A program made the position numbers and the translations under genes. From contig CAYZIY010000005.1 of NCBI GenBank assembly GCA_964478715.1, positions 19,832 to 83,831 of the forward strand: DNA of 64,000 nt, in the 5' to 3' direction. Positions 37,733-47,379 of the stretch are shown one piece after another. This DNA comes from an uncultured Planctomycetales bacterium (lineage in GTDB: Bacteria > Omnitrophota > Gorgyraeia > Zapsychrales > JBDRMG01). Below the pieces are notes generated by a model, which saw only the letters and a program-made list of their open reading frames with translations, made no database searches and was not told the origin of the DNA. Positions within the stretch are counted from its first letter, which is position 1, and each line of letters begins with the position of its first letter.

Positions 37733-38077
37733 ATGAAGAAAGCCGTTGTGTTTTTAAGCATTATCTGTTTAGCCGTCGGCATGGGCTTAATGGGCTGTAC
37801 GCAAAAAGCGGCCAGTTCATCAGAAGCCATCAAGCAGGCTGAAACAAAGCAGACGGTTGACGAAAAGGTTGACTATCTTGTTGGTCAAGCCAATGCCTTT
37901 ATCAACAGCCAGGAATTCAATGAGGCAATCAAAACTGCCCAGTATATCCTGAGCAATTTGGATAAAGATTCCGAGAAAGCCAAGAGCATTATCGAAAAGG
38001 CCAAGATGGAGCTTGAGGCAACAGCCAAAAAAGCGGCTGGCGATATGGCGAATAAGCTTGGCTTGGGAAATAACTAA
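37733..38077 (+). CDS. Hypothetical helical lipoprotein
   Basis: Lipobox LMGC; RBS AGGAGG. Confidence 0.7.
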   Translation: MKKAVVFLSIICLAVGMGLMGCTQKAASSSEAIKQAETKQTVDEKVDYLVGQANAFINSQEFNEAIKTAQYILSNLDKDSEKAKSIIEKAKMELEATAKKAAGDMANKLGLGNN

Positions 38078-38126
38078 CTTAACATCACGAATCAAAATCA
38101 GAAATAATCAGAAATAAGGGGATAAG

Positions 38127-39467
38127 ATGGCAAAAAAAGAGTCCTCATTGTTTGCTCGTTTGGTTCAATTTATCAGCGTTGATATCTGGCGGATCAGGAC
38201 AAACAGGCTTCCCAGAACAAAGTCATTGCTCATCAAGCAGCTTCGTATTTTGCTTTTGTCCATCAGGGGTTTTGATGAAGACAAATGCCAGTTGAGGGCT
38301 TCCGCGCTGACATTTTATTCCCTTCTTTCGATTGTTCCGGTAGTAGCCATGGCCTTTGGCATTGCCAAGGGTTTTGGCTTTGAAAATGTTTTAGAGAACC
38401 AGCTTCTTCAGAAATTTCCCGGCCAGCAGGATGTCATCACTCAGATTATCAATTTTGCCCGCTCTATGCTCGAAAATACCAAAGGCGGGGTGGTCGCTGG
38501 CATTGGTGTGGCCATTCTCTTTTGGACGGTTATCAAAGTTTTGGGTAATATCGAAAATTCTTTTAATGATATTTGGGGAATCAAAAAAGGGCGTAGTATC
38601 GGCCGCAAATTCAGCGATTACCTTTCCATCATGTTAATCTGCCCGATTCTCTTTATCATGTCCAGCAGTGTTACCGTGATGATCACAAGTCAGGTGAAAG
38701 TCATCGTTGAAAAAATTGCCTTACTAGGAGCCTTAAGTCCGCTGATCATGGCCCTTCTTAAACTGCTGCCTTATGCCGTGATCTGGATTATGTTCACTTT
38801 TATCTATGTGTTTATGCCCAATACAAAAGTGAACTTCAAAGCCGGACTCTTTGGCGGGATTATTGCCGGGACCATTTATCAAATTGTTCAATGGGCTTAT
38901 ATTACTTTTCAAATTGGGGCATCCCGATTTGGGGCGATTTACGGGAGTTTTGCCGCTCTGCCGCTTTTCCTGATTTGGCTGCAGATGAGTTGGATTATTG
39001 TTTTGTTTGGGGCCGAGATTTCTTTTGCCCAGCAAAATGTGGATACTTATGAATTTGAACCGGATTGCCTGAAAGCCAGTCATTCTTTTAAGAAATTGCT
39101 GGCTCTTCGTATTGTCCAGCTTTGCGTGCGTCATTTTTCCGATGGAGAAAAACCGCCTAATGCCGATGAAATTTCCCAAAAACTGGATATTCCTATTCGC
39201 CTGGTTCATCAGTTGATTTTTGAGTTGACTGAATCGGGGATTTTGGTCGAAGTCAAGATGAACGATCATAAAGATGCGGCTTATCATCCAGCCCGCAATG
39301 TGGAGAGTCTCACGATTAAAGAAGTTGTCCATGCGCTAGAGAGCAGGGGGATAGACGATATTCCCGTGGAAGAGTCCCAAGAGATGGAGAAAATCCAAAA
39401 GGCGCTTAAGGCTTTTGGGGATCTGGTCGAGTCATCCGATCAGAACGTGGTATTAAATCAAATTTAA
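38127..39467 (+). CDS. YihY/BrkB family membrane protein with a C-terminal winged-helix domain
   Basis: ASALTFYSLLSIVP, IENSFNDIW, IYGSFAALP, GAEI; Rrf2-like tail. Confidence 0.88.
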   Translation: MAKKESSLFARLVQFISVDIWRIRTNRLPRTKSLLIKQLRILLLSIRGFDEDKCQLRASALTFYSLLSIVPVVAMAFGIAKGFGFENVLENQLLQKFPGQQDVITQIINFARSMLENTKGGVVAGIGVAILFWTVIKVLGNIENSFNDIWGIKKGRSIGRKFSDYLSIMLICPILFIMSSSVTVMITSQVKVIVEKIALLGALSPLIMALLKLLPYAVIWIMFTFIYVFMPNTKVNFKAGLFGGIIAGTIYQIVQWAYITFQIGASRFGAIYGSFAALPLFLIWLQMSWIIVLFGAEISFAQQNVDTYEFEPDCLKASHSFKKLLALRIVQLCVRHFSDGEKPPNADEISQKLDIPIRLVHQLIFELTESGILVEVKMNDHKDAAYHPARNVESLTIKEVVHALESRGIDDIPVEESQEMEKIQKALKAFGDLVESSDQNVVLNQI

Positions 39468-39478
39468 GAAAAAGACCC

Positions 39479-39979
39479 GTGGAACTTTTTGCCCTTGTCA
39501 TTTTATCGATTTCTTTTCTGGTTGGCTTTGCCGCCATTTTTTTTACGACCTTTGGTACGCTCATTATTCTTTTCGGTGCCCTCACCTTTGCTTTATTGAC
39601 CCATTTTTCTATTTTAACCATTGAAAATATGATTATTGTTCTGATTCTTTATGTTCTTGGCGAGGCAATGGAGTATTTTTGCGTCATTGCCGGGGCTAAG
39701 CGCTATGGTGCTTCCAATGCGGCTGTTGTCGGGGCTTTAATCGGCGCTGTCTTGGGAGCAGCAGTCGGCGCTTCTTTTTTGGGCATGGGGTTAGTTATCG
39801 GGGCTTTTACAGGAATCTTTTTGGGTGCTTTTGCAGTGGAATTGATTCTTAAAAAAGACTTGGCCTTGTCTTTAAAGGTGGGAGTGGGAGGTGTTTTTGG
39901 CCGCGTGGGATCTGTAGTTGCAAAGGTCTTTATTGCCTTGGCGATGACGGGATACTGTGTTTATTTTATCCTTCATTAA
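39479..39979 (+). CDS. DUF456 family membrane protein
   Basis: GAKRYGAS, Gly-rich TM helices, GAFAVE. Confidence 0.8.
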   Translation: MELFALVILSISFLVGFAAIFFTTFGTLIILFGALTFALLTHFSILTIENMIIVLILYVLGEAMEYFCVIAGAKRYGASNAAVVGALIGAVLGAAVGASFLGMGLVIGAFTGIFLGAFAVELILKKDLALSLKVGVGGVFGRVGSVVAKVFIALAMTGYCVYFILH

Positions 39980-39989
39980 GGAGAGGAAA

Positions 39990-40331
39990 ATGAAAGAGAA
40001 TCTGATATTAATGATTTCAATGGCTATCCTGAGTTTGGGTTTGACAATAAACGGCTGGGCTCAAACAAAGTATCAAGACGGTATTTATCAGGCCAAAGAC
40101 CTCATGGTCAATGTTGAAGTGACGATAGAAAACGGTCGGATTGCAGAGATCAATATTCTAAAGCATCGCGGCGGCGGAGAAAAATATGAAGAAATGATAA
40201 GACCCCTGATTGAAAAGATGATCGAGAAACAATCAACAGATGTGGATGCGGTCACCGGGGCTACAGTCAGCAGCAAAGCTCTCAAAAATACTGTGACCGA
40301 GGCGCTTCAGAAAGCGCAAACAATACCATGA
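39990..40331 (+). CDS. Exported FMN-binding (flavinylated) protein
   Basis: Signal peptide, YQDGIY, VDAVTGATVSS flavinylation motif. Confidence 0.85.
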   Translation: MKENLILMISMAILSLGLTINGWAQTKYQDGIYQAKDLMVNVEVTIENGRIAEINILKHRGGGEKYEEMIRPLIEKMIEKQSTDVDAVTGATVSSKALKNTVTEALQKAQTIP

Positions 40332-40819
40332 AAACCCTTATTGTTTACTATTCCTTTGAAGGAAATACGGAATTTATTGCCAAAGCCATGGCTGAGGCCA
40401 TCGGCGCCGACCTTCTCAAATTACAACCCAAAAAAGAAATTCCAACCAAAGGCTTCATGAAATATTTTTGGGGTGGGCGTCAGGCCATGATGAAGATGAA
40501 GCCGGAGCTTCTCCCGCTTGAGAAAAATCCTGCTGATTATGATTTTATTATTTTAGGGACACCCGTTTGGGCTTTTACTTATTCTCCGCCTTTGGCGACA
40601 TATTTTTCGCAGAGGCCTTTTAAAAATAAGCGTATAGCCTTATTTTGTTGTCACGGAGGAGGAAAGGCCGGGACTTTGAGAAATATGAAAGAGGCTCTCA
40701 AGGGAAATACTTTTGTGGGTGAAATCGATTTTATAGAGCCGCTAAGAGGCAAAACACAGAAGAAGAAAGAAATGGCGGTTGACTGGGTGAATCATTTATC
40801 GAGAGAGATGACCGCATGA
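40328..40819 (+). CDS. Flavodoxin (Flavodoxin_4-like)
   Basis: YYSFEGNTE, LGTPVWA, FCCHGG. Confidence 0.85.
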   Translation: MKTLIVYYSFEGNTEFIAKAMAEAIGADLLKLQPKKEIPTKGFMKYFWGGRQAMMKMKPELLPLEKNPADYDFIILGTPVWAFTYSPPLATYFSQRPFKNKRIALFCCHGGGKAGTLRNMKEALKGNTFVGEIDFIEPLRGKTQKKKEMAVDWVNHLSREMTA

Positions 40820-42303
40820 ATCAAAAGAAAAAGAAAAATGTGGCGGTTGTTGGCGCCGGAGTTGGAGGCCTGGCAACGGTTGCTCGCCTTGCCTCGCGAG
40901 GCTATCAGGTAGATGTCTATGAAAAACTGCCCGAATGCGGTGGGCGGGCCCATATGATCGAGGATCAGGGGTTTAAATTTGACACCGGCCCGTCATTTGT
41001 TTTAATGCCGGATTTCTTTAGAGAAGTTTTTACCTATTGCTATGAGAATATTGAAGATTATCTGACACTTAAGAAATTGGATTGTCATTACAAAATATTT
41101 TATCCCGACCGAGAAACATTATCGGTTTACAGCGATACGGAAAGGACAAAGCAGGAGATAGAACAGATTGAGCCGGGAGGGAGTCAGGCTTTTGAAGGCT
41201 TTCTTAAAGAATCAAAGCGGTACTACAGAGTTGTTGAGCCGCTATTATATCGCTATTTAAAGCCGAGCGATATTGTTTCACCGGATATTTTAAGCCTCAT
41301 TATTAAACTCAAAGTTTGGCAATCTTATTGGCAGCTGGCCAAAAAATATTTCAAAAATGAGCGCATCTGCTATGCCTTGACTTTTGAAGCGATGTTTATC
41401 GGTGTGTCTCCTTTTAAGACACCGAGTTTTTACAGCATCATCACTTATGCGGATCATATTCAGAAAATCTTTCACCCTATGGGGGGAATGTATGAAATTC
41501 CTCTGGCTTTAGAGAAATTGGGTAAGAAATTTGGAGCACGCTATCATTACGGAAAGGAAATTAAGAAGATCACAACTCATAACGGCTCTGTGAAGCTTCA
41601 CCCACAGGAGGGTAATGATATCCCTACGGATCGTGTTGTGATTAATGCAGATTACTCTTATTCCCAGGAAACTCTGCTTAAGAGAAAGCTGCCAAATTTC
41701 ACTTATTCCTGCTCGGTTTTTCTGTTATATCTGGGGCTAAAAACCAAGGTGCAAGGAATTGAGCATCATAATCTTTTTTTCTCGTCTGATTTGCGAAAGA
41801 ATTTGGAGCAAATTTTCGATACGAAAATTTCACCGGAAGATCCATCTTTTTATGTTCATGTCCCGACGGTGACCGATCCAGGTTTAGCGCCTGAAGGGAA
41901 AGATTTGTTTTATATTCTGATTCCGGTCGCCAATCTTCAGAATCAAAAAGAGATTTTTGATAAGTATCGGGATCAGTTGAGATCCTTGATCTTTTTCAAG
42001 ATCAGAGAACAGACCGGGATTAACCTGGAAGATTTAATCGAAGTGGAACATCATTTTATTCCGCAGGATTTTATTGGTCGATATAATATTCAATATGGAG
42101 CCACCTTTGGCTTGGCCCACTCGTTTGCTCAAAGCGCTTTCTTTCGACCCGGCAATCAAGATCGTCGATATTCTAATATCTACTATGCCGGAGCCAGTTC
42201 GCAGCCCGGCGGTGGTATTCCGCCAGTGATAGCGAGTTCACGCATTGTTGCCGATTTAATTTCTAAAGAAGACCGACCTATTTTAGTTTCCGAAGGTACT
42301 TAA
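40816..42303 (+). CDS. crtI: Phytoene desaturase family protein
   Basis: GAGVGG, FDTGPS, PMGG, HHNLFF, GATFGLAH..QSAFFRP, QPGGGIP. Confidence 0.85.
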   Translation: MNQKKKKNVAVVGAGVGGLATVARLASRGYQVDVYEKLPECGGRAHMIEDQGFKFDTGPSFVLMPDFFREVFTYCYENIEDYLTLKKLDCHYKIFYPDRETLSVYSDTERTKQEIEQIEPGGSQAFEGFLKESKRYYRVVEPLLYRYLKPSDIVSPDILSLIIKLKVWQSYWQLAKKYFKNERICYALTFEAMFIGVSPFKTPSFYSIITYADHIQKIFHPMGGMYEIPLALEKLGKKFGARYHYGKEIKKITTHNGSVKLHPQEGNDIPTDRVVINADYSYSQETLLKRKLPNFTYSCSVFLLYLGLKTKVQGIEHHNLFFSSDLRKNLEQIFDTKISPEDPSFYVHVPTVTDPGLAPEGKDLFYILIPVANLQNQKEIFDKYRDQLRSLIFFKIREQTGINLEDLIEVEHHFIPQDFIGRYNIQYGATFGLAHSFAQSAFFRPGNQDRRYSNIYYAGASSQPGGGIPPVIASSRIVADLISKEDRPILVSEGT

Positions 42304-43117
42304 CGATATTTTGTGTTGTCTCATCGGGCGTAGAAGCTCCTGCCGTTACACCGATGGTATCCAATTTTTTAAACCATTGTCGATCGATATCTTTCACTGA
42401 TTGGATCCAGTAGCTTCTGGCATTCAACACTTTTGAAATTTGGTAGAGTCTTTTTGTATTGGCGCTATGTTTAGAGCCGATAATGATCATCACATCATTC
42501 TCAAGAGGCAAAGTTTTGATTTCGGCCTGTTTGGTTTGTGTTGGCCGGCAGACGGTGTTAAAAAACTTTAAGTTTTTAATCAGAATCCGCAGTTTGGCGA
42601 CTATTTGGCTGACTTTTTCGATATTTTGAGTGGATTGCACAACAACGGCCGCTTTTTTCAGGCGTCTAACTTTTTGCACGGGGATATCTTCTGGCCGGTC
42701 AATAACGATAGCTTTTGTCTTTAATTGGCCCAGAATCCCAAGAACCTCGTCATGTTTATGATCTCCGATGATGATAATCCGGTAACCCCGATGCTCTTGT
42801 TCTCGGACGATTTTATGGATTTCCTTGACCATGGGGCATGTGGCATCAACCAGAGAATAGCCAAGGACTTTCGCTTGGCGGTAAATCTTTTTTGGAGCTC
42901 CATGAGCACGGATCAAAAGGGTTTTACCTGTTCCTTTTTTCAATGATTTGATATTTTTAATACCAGCGGCCTTGATTTGCTTAACCACATCTTCATTATG
43001 GACAATATGACCAAGCATCTCCACATTTTGCCTGGATTGAATTGTCTTTAAAGCCAGGTTGATGGCCCGGGTCACTCCGAAACAGAAACCGGCGGATTTC
43101 GCCAGACGAATTTTCAT
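42278..43117 (-). CDS. ispH: 4-hydroxy-3-methylbut-2-enyl diphosphate reductase
   Basis: AGFCFGV, IVHN, RAHG, DATCP, HDEV, TVC, SANT, TAGASTP. Confidence 0.95.
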   Translation of the reverse strand: MKIRLAKSAGFCFGVTRAINLALKTIQSRQNVEMLGHIVHNEDVVKQIKAAGIKNIKSLKKGTGKTLLIRAHGAPKKIYRQAKVLGYSLVDATCPMVKEIHKIVREQEHRGYRIIIIGDHKHDEVLGILGQLKTKAIVIDRPEDIPVQKVRRLKKAAVVVQSTQNIEKVSQIVAKLRILIKNLKFFNTVCRPTQTKQAEIKTLPLENDVMIIIGSKHSANTKRLYQISKVLNARSYWIQSVKDIDRQWFKKLDTIGVTAGASTPDETTQNIVKYLRKLK

Positions 43118-43989
43118 CGGTATTCTCCTTTACGAAAGACATTAAAGGTCAAAAAAAGCTTTTCACAGAAGCTGGTATGAGCCCTTTGTGAAAAGATGTC
43201 GTATTTATTTCTTTCTATGGCTGATAGGATTCCGGCATAAATATCTTTCATCAGACAGACCACAAAACGGCAGCGGGAGTTGCTGATAAAAGGGGTTCCT
43301 TTAAGAGCACTGGCATAATAGAGTCGGGCCCGTTCGATCTGGAATTTCATAAAATCTTCCCAAGCTTTGGTCACTTCGCCGTTTCTAATAATATTCTTAT
43401 CTATGTGGAATTCCTGAAGATCATCCCGGGGAAGATAAAGTCGTTTCATGTCCCAGTCTTCCTTAATATCTCTTAAAATATTGGTTAGCTGCATGGCGAT
43501 TCCCAAGTCAATAGCCGCCTCTTTTGCTCGGGGATCAGCCGAGCCGAAAATCTTCAGCATAATCAGACCCACCACACCGGCCACATGGTAACAATATTTA
43601 TATAAATCATGAAAATCCGCAAAAGAGGTGTTCTCTAAATCCATTTTCATTCCCAGAAGAAGATCATCAAAGTAGCGATAAGGGATTTTGTAATCACGGA
43701 CTGTTTTTCGAAAAGCCGCACACAAAGGTTGGGTTAAAGGTTTTTTTTCATAAGCGTCTCTGATACGGGTTTCTATTTCTTTTAGCTTTTTTTGAGCGGA
43801 TAGATGTGTTTGCTGATTATCGACGGAAGAATCAGAGATTCGGCAAACGGCATAAACGGCATAAGAGGCCCTTTTTCTTTGAGGATCAAGCCAGTGGGAA
43901 GCAAAATAAAAGCTTTTGGCGTGTTGTTTGGTGATGTGGACAGCTTGTTGATAGCCTTTTTGAATAAGTCTTTCAGGATTTTCGGCCAT
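43114..43989 (-). CDS. crtB: Phytoene/squalene synthase
   Basis: AKSFYFAS, YAVCRISDSSVD, YCYHVAGVVG, AMQLTNILRDIKED; start 43989 or 43998. Confidence 0.88.
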   Translation of the reverse strand: MAENPERLIQKGYQQAVHITKQHAKSFYFASHWLDPQRKRASYAVYAVCRISDSSVDNQQTHLSAQKKLKEIETRIRDAYEKKPLTQPLCAAFRKTVRDYKIPYRYFDDLLLGMKMDLENTSFADFHDLYKYCYHVAGVVGLIMLKIFGSADPRAKEAAIDLGIAMQLTNILRDIKEDWDMKRLYLPRDDLQEFHIDKNIIRNGEVTKAWEDFMKFQIERARLYYASALKGTPFISNSRCRFVVCLMKDIYAGILSAIERNKYDIFSQRAHTSFCEKLFLTFNVFRKGEYR

Positions 43990-43996
43990 GGGGCTC

Positions 43997-44025
43997 ATTG
44001 TATCTCACAACAGAGACAAACGCAA
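43997..44025 (-). promoter_or_regulatory. Promoter for crtB-ispH, probably leaderless
   Basis: Minus strand TTGCGT-17 bp-TACAAT, ATG 7 nt downstream. Confidence 0.55.
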
Positions 44026-44084
44026 TTTTTTTCAAAATGATGCTTTTTCTGTTAAAATACTCTACCAATCGAGGGGGTAATGAG

Positions 44085-44783
44085 ATGTTTACCTATTTGC
44101 TTATCAATCTGGCTACCGTGTTCATTCCCTTAGCACTTTCTTTTGAAAGCCGGATTCGGTATTTCAAGAAATGGAAATATGTGGCGGCATCAACAGCCAT
44201 TGTCGGATTTTTCTTTATTGTCTGGGACAGTTTTTTTACCCAATGGGGCGTTTGGGGATTTTCTCCTGCCTATTTGATCGGCATCACTTTTTTCCATCTG
44301 CCTTTAGAAGAGATCCTTTTTTTCTTTTGCGTTCCGTTTTCCTGTATTTTTATCTATGAGCTTGTCTGCCATTTTGATCGCGACGTTATCTTAAAATCTC
44401 TGGCACGTCCGTTAACTATAGGATTGGCAGTCGTTCTATTGATCTTGGGTTTTGTTTTTCTCCATAAAGTTTATACCTCGATCACTTTTCTTTTGCTCGC
44501 TTGGTTGCTTGTCATTCATTTTTTTCTCTTAAAGAAGGAGTATATAGCTCATTTTTATTTAGCCTATGCTATCAGCGTTATTCCTTTTTTACTTGTTAAC
44601 GGAGTTCTCACAAACGGTATAGGTTTTATTAGCAAGAATCCGGTTGTCTGGTATAACAACGCGCAGAATTTGGGACTGCGCTTGATGGGAATTCCTCTCG
44701 AAGATTTTTTCTATTCCTTGCTTCTTCTTTTAAGCAATATTACGATTTACGAATATTTTAAGGGAAGGGAATACAAAGCATGA
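44085..44783 (+). CDS. Membrane lycopene cyclase (fused CrtYc/CrtYd-type)
   Basis: Two repeats: WD..F...GVWGF..LPLEEILFF and NGVLT..VWYN..GIPLEDFFY. Confidence 0.85.
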   Translation: MFTYLLINLATVFIPLALSFESRIRYFKKWKYVAASTAIVGFFFIVWDSFFTQWGVWGFSPAYLIGITFFHLPLEEILFFFCVPFSCIFIYELVCHFDRDVILKSLARPLTIGLAVVLLILGFVFLHKVYTSITFLLLAWLLVIHFFLLKKEYIAHFYLAYAISVIPFLLVNGVLTNGIGFISKNPVVWYNNAQNLGLRLMGIPLEDFFYSLLLLLSNITIYEYFKGREYKA

Positions 44784-45652
44784 GAGGGATGTGGATCGTT
44801 GTATGGCTTTTGGGGATAGCTTCCCCGTGCCTGGGGCTGGAATGGATCCAGCTGCATAATAAGGCAAATGATCAAAATAGAGCCTTTTCTCAAATCACAG
44901 CAAATTCACCCACGATAGAGCAACGGTATATTCTAGCCTTAAGCTATCTCAATCGCTATCAGATCGAAAAGGCAAAGGCGGAATTTGAGAAAATGCTCGA
45001 TGAGAAGCCGGATCTAATGGAGGCTCGCTGGGGAATAGCGGAGATCTTAAGAAGGGAACACAAATATAGACAAAGCAGAGAATTGTTAAAGGACCTGTTA
45101 AAAGAGGATTCCACATTTGCCCCTGCCTGGATGACCCTGGCCTATATCCATTATATTCAAATGGACTTTAAAGAAACCGCACGCCTAACCGGCAAGGTTA
45201 TTAATTTTGGTCAGGACAATGTCGATGAAATGAATTTTATTAGGGCCCACGGACTTTATGCAGCCGCCAAGGGGATGATCGCCCATTACGGTGGTCCCTT
45301 TTTAAAAGCAATTAATGGGGCAGCTGTTTTGAAGCATCTAGCTATCATTCGAAGAATCGATCCTGATTCTCCTATCGCGACTTTTGGTTACGGGAGTTAT
45401 TATATGTTGATTCCGGAAATTTTTGGCAGAGATTTAGAAAAATCAAAGATATATCTTGAGGAAACAATCAAAAATGATCCATTTTTTCCTGATCCCTATG
45501 TTCGATTAGCCCAGATTTATAAGTTTGAGGGGAACCAAAAAAAGTATGAGGAGTTGATCCAAAAGGCTTTGAGTCTGGATCCCAGAAACGAGTTGGCTTT
45601 GGATATCCAGAGCCGTAGCTGTAAATATATTTGCCTGAAGAAGGAAAAATGA
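44780..45652 (+). CDS. Exported TPR protein
   Basis: Signal peptide; several TPR repeats (ARWGIAE, AWMTLA, YVRLAQ, ALSLDP). Confidence 0.75.
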   Translation: MRGMWIVVWLLGIASPCLGLEWIQLHNKANDQNRAFSQITANSPTIEQRYILALSYLNRYQIEKAKAEFEKMLDEKPDLMEARWGIAEILRREHKYRQSRELLKDLLKEDSTFAPAWMTLAYIHYIQMDFKETARLTGKVINFGQDNVDEMNFIRAHGLYAAAKGMIAHYGGPFLKAINGAAVLKHLAIIRRIDPDSPIATFGYGSYYMLIPEIFGRDLEKSKIYLEETIKNDPFFPDPYVRLAQIYKFEGNQKKYEELIQKALSLDPRNELALDIQSRSCKYICLKKEK

Positions 45653-46764
45653 AAAGAATCATTATTATCGGCGGGGGATTTGCTGGATTAAGTGCTTTAC
45701 GCACAATCGGTAGGTTTCATAAGGATTTTGAAATCACATTAATCGATCAGAAAGAAACCTTTGATTTTCTTCCACTTTTGCCAGATATAATAGGCCGGAG
45801 GATCTCTCCTCGGTATTTAACTTATTCTCTTAGGGATATTACCAAGACCTGCGGGGCAAAATTCCTGAAGGGAAAGGTCGCATCTATTGATTTTGCTAAA
45901 AAAGAAGTGGCCGTCGAAAATCAAACAGTCGATTACGATTATCTGATCATTGCCGCCGGGGGCAACACAACTTTTTACGGACAGAAGGAGCTGCGTCAGA
46001 ATACTTATATTTTGAACTCGGTGGAAGATGCAAAGAAACTAGATGCAGAAATACGAAATCGGAATTATAAAAAATATTGTGTGATCGGAGGAGGTTATAC
46101 CGGAATCGAGATTGCCTCGAATATCAAAAGATATTTAAGATTACAGAAAATTGAAAAAGAAGTGATGATTATCGAGAAAGCTACGTCGATTTTGGGTCCA
46201 CTGGCTCCATGGATGAAGGACTATACTGAAAAACATGTTCGCAAGATGGGGATCGAGATTCGATGTGACAGCGGACTTAAAGAATATAACGGCCATACAG
46301 CCAAGCTGGCAACCGGAGAAGAATTATCCGATGCTTTTGTGGTTTGGAGCGCGGGGGTAACAGCCTCGGATTTTATTGCCGATCTTGATATAGACAAAGG
46401 ATCGCAGGGCAGAATCAAAGTTGATGAGTATTTACGATTCTCGGATGATTGCTATGCCGCAGGGGATGCGTCACTGGTAACTATCGATAAAAAACCTTTG
46501 CGGATGGCTGTTCAATTTTCCATTGTTCAGGGAAAAACCGCTGCCTGCAATATTATCGCTCAAGATCAAAATCGTCCCTTAAAGAAATACAAACCAGTGG
46601 ATCTTGGGTATGTCGTTCCTATCGCCAATAATAAATCATGCGGAAAAATGCTGAATATCAATGCCCGAGCGCCGATTACAACCTGGCTGCATTATCTGAT
46701 GTGTCTTTACCGCAGTTATGGAATGCGAAATAAGTGGGGTATTTTACGAGATCTTTTTAGATAA
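45649..46764 (+). CDS. Type II NADH dehydrogenase-like FAD oxidoreductase
   Basis: GGGFAG, YDYLIIAAG, GGGYTGIE, WSAGV, YAAGD. Confidence 0.8.
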   Translation: MKRIIIIGGGFAGLSALRTIGRFHKDFEITLIDQKETFDFLPLLPDIIGRRISPRYLTYSLRDITKTCGAKFLKGKVASIDFAKKEVAVENQTVDYDYLIIAAGGNTTFYGQKELRQNTYILNSVEDAKKLDAEIRNRNYKKYCVIGGGYTGIEIASNIKRYLRLQKIEKEVMIIEKATSILGPLAPWMKDYTEKHVRKMGIEIRCDSGLKEYNGHTAKLATGEELSDAFVVWSAGVTASDFIADLDIDKGSQGRIKVDEYLRFSDDCYAAGDASLVTIDKKPLRMAVQFSIVQGKTAACNIIAQDQNRPLKKYKPVDLGYVVPIANNKSCGKMLNINARAPITTWLHYLMCLYRSYGMRNKWGILRDLFR

Positions 46765-46809
46765 TTTTCTTCATTCAAAATTATTAGCTGAACTTTAAAA
46801 GATTCTACG

Positions 46810-47379
46810 ATGCTTTATTGGTTGGCAAAACTTACTTCTTTTTGTTTTTTTAAGCTATTTTTTAATATTGAGCTAAAAGGGCAAGGAAAAATACCATCCA
46901 AAGGCCCGTTCATTTTAGCGGCCAATCATCTCAGTTATTTTGATCCCCCTCTTGTGGCAACATTTATCAGATGCAGGATATGTTTTCTGGCGAAAGAAGA
47001 ACTTTTTCGCAACTGGATTGGCCGGATATGTTTTTCACAACTCGGAGCGATTCCCTTAAAACGTCAGACGAATGATTTTAGGGCCATGCGTTTGGCTTTG
47101 GCATTATTGAACAAAAAGCCGCTTTTAATCTTTCCCCAGGGAGTGATCAAAGCCGCTTGGGATGATTTTCATGCGGGGGTCGGATTCTTAGCCCGACAAT
47201 CCTCGGTGCCCGTTATGGCGGCCCGCATTTATGGGGCACAACATATTCTTCCCCTTAGAGAGTGTTTCAGGCAAAAAAAGAAGATCAAAATTGTTTTTGA
47301 TTGGGTTGATAATATTCAGCCCGAAGATAACAATCAGATTATAGCCAACAAGGTCATGGAAAAAATCAAAAGCCTTTGA
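46810..47379 (+). CDS. Lysophospholipid acyltransferase (PlsC family)
   Basis: NHLSYFD, FLAKEELF, IFPQG (variant of FPEG). Confidence 0.85.
   Translation: MLYWLAKLTSFCFFKLFFNIELKGQGKIPSKGPFILAANHLSYFDPPLVATFIRCRICFLAKEELFRNWIGRICFSQLGAIPLKRQTNDFRAMRLALALLNKKPLLIFPQGVIKAAWDDFHAGVGFLARQSSVPVMAARIYGAQHILPLRECFRQKKKIKIVFDWVDNIQPEDNNQIIANKVMEKIKSL

Noticed and set aside
38088-38118. Short AATCAGAAAT tandem duplication
   Set aside because: Two low-complexity copies in a short spacer; most likely slippage
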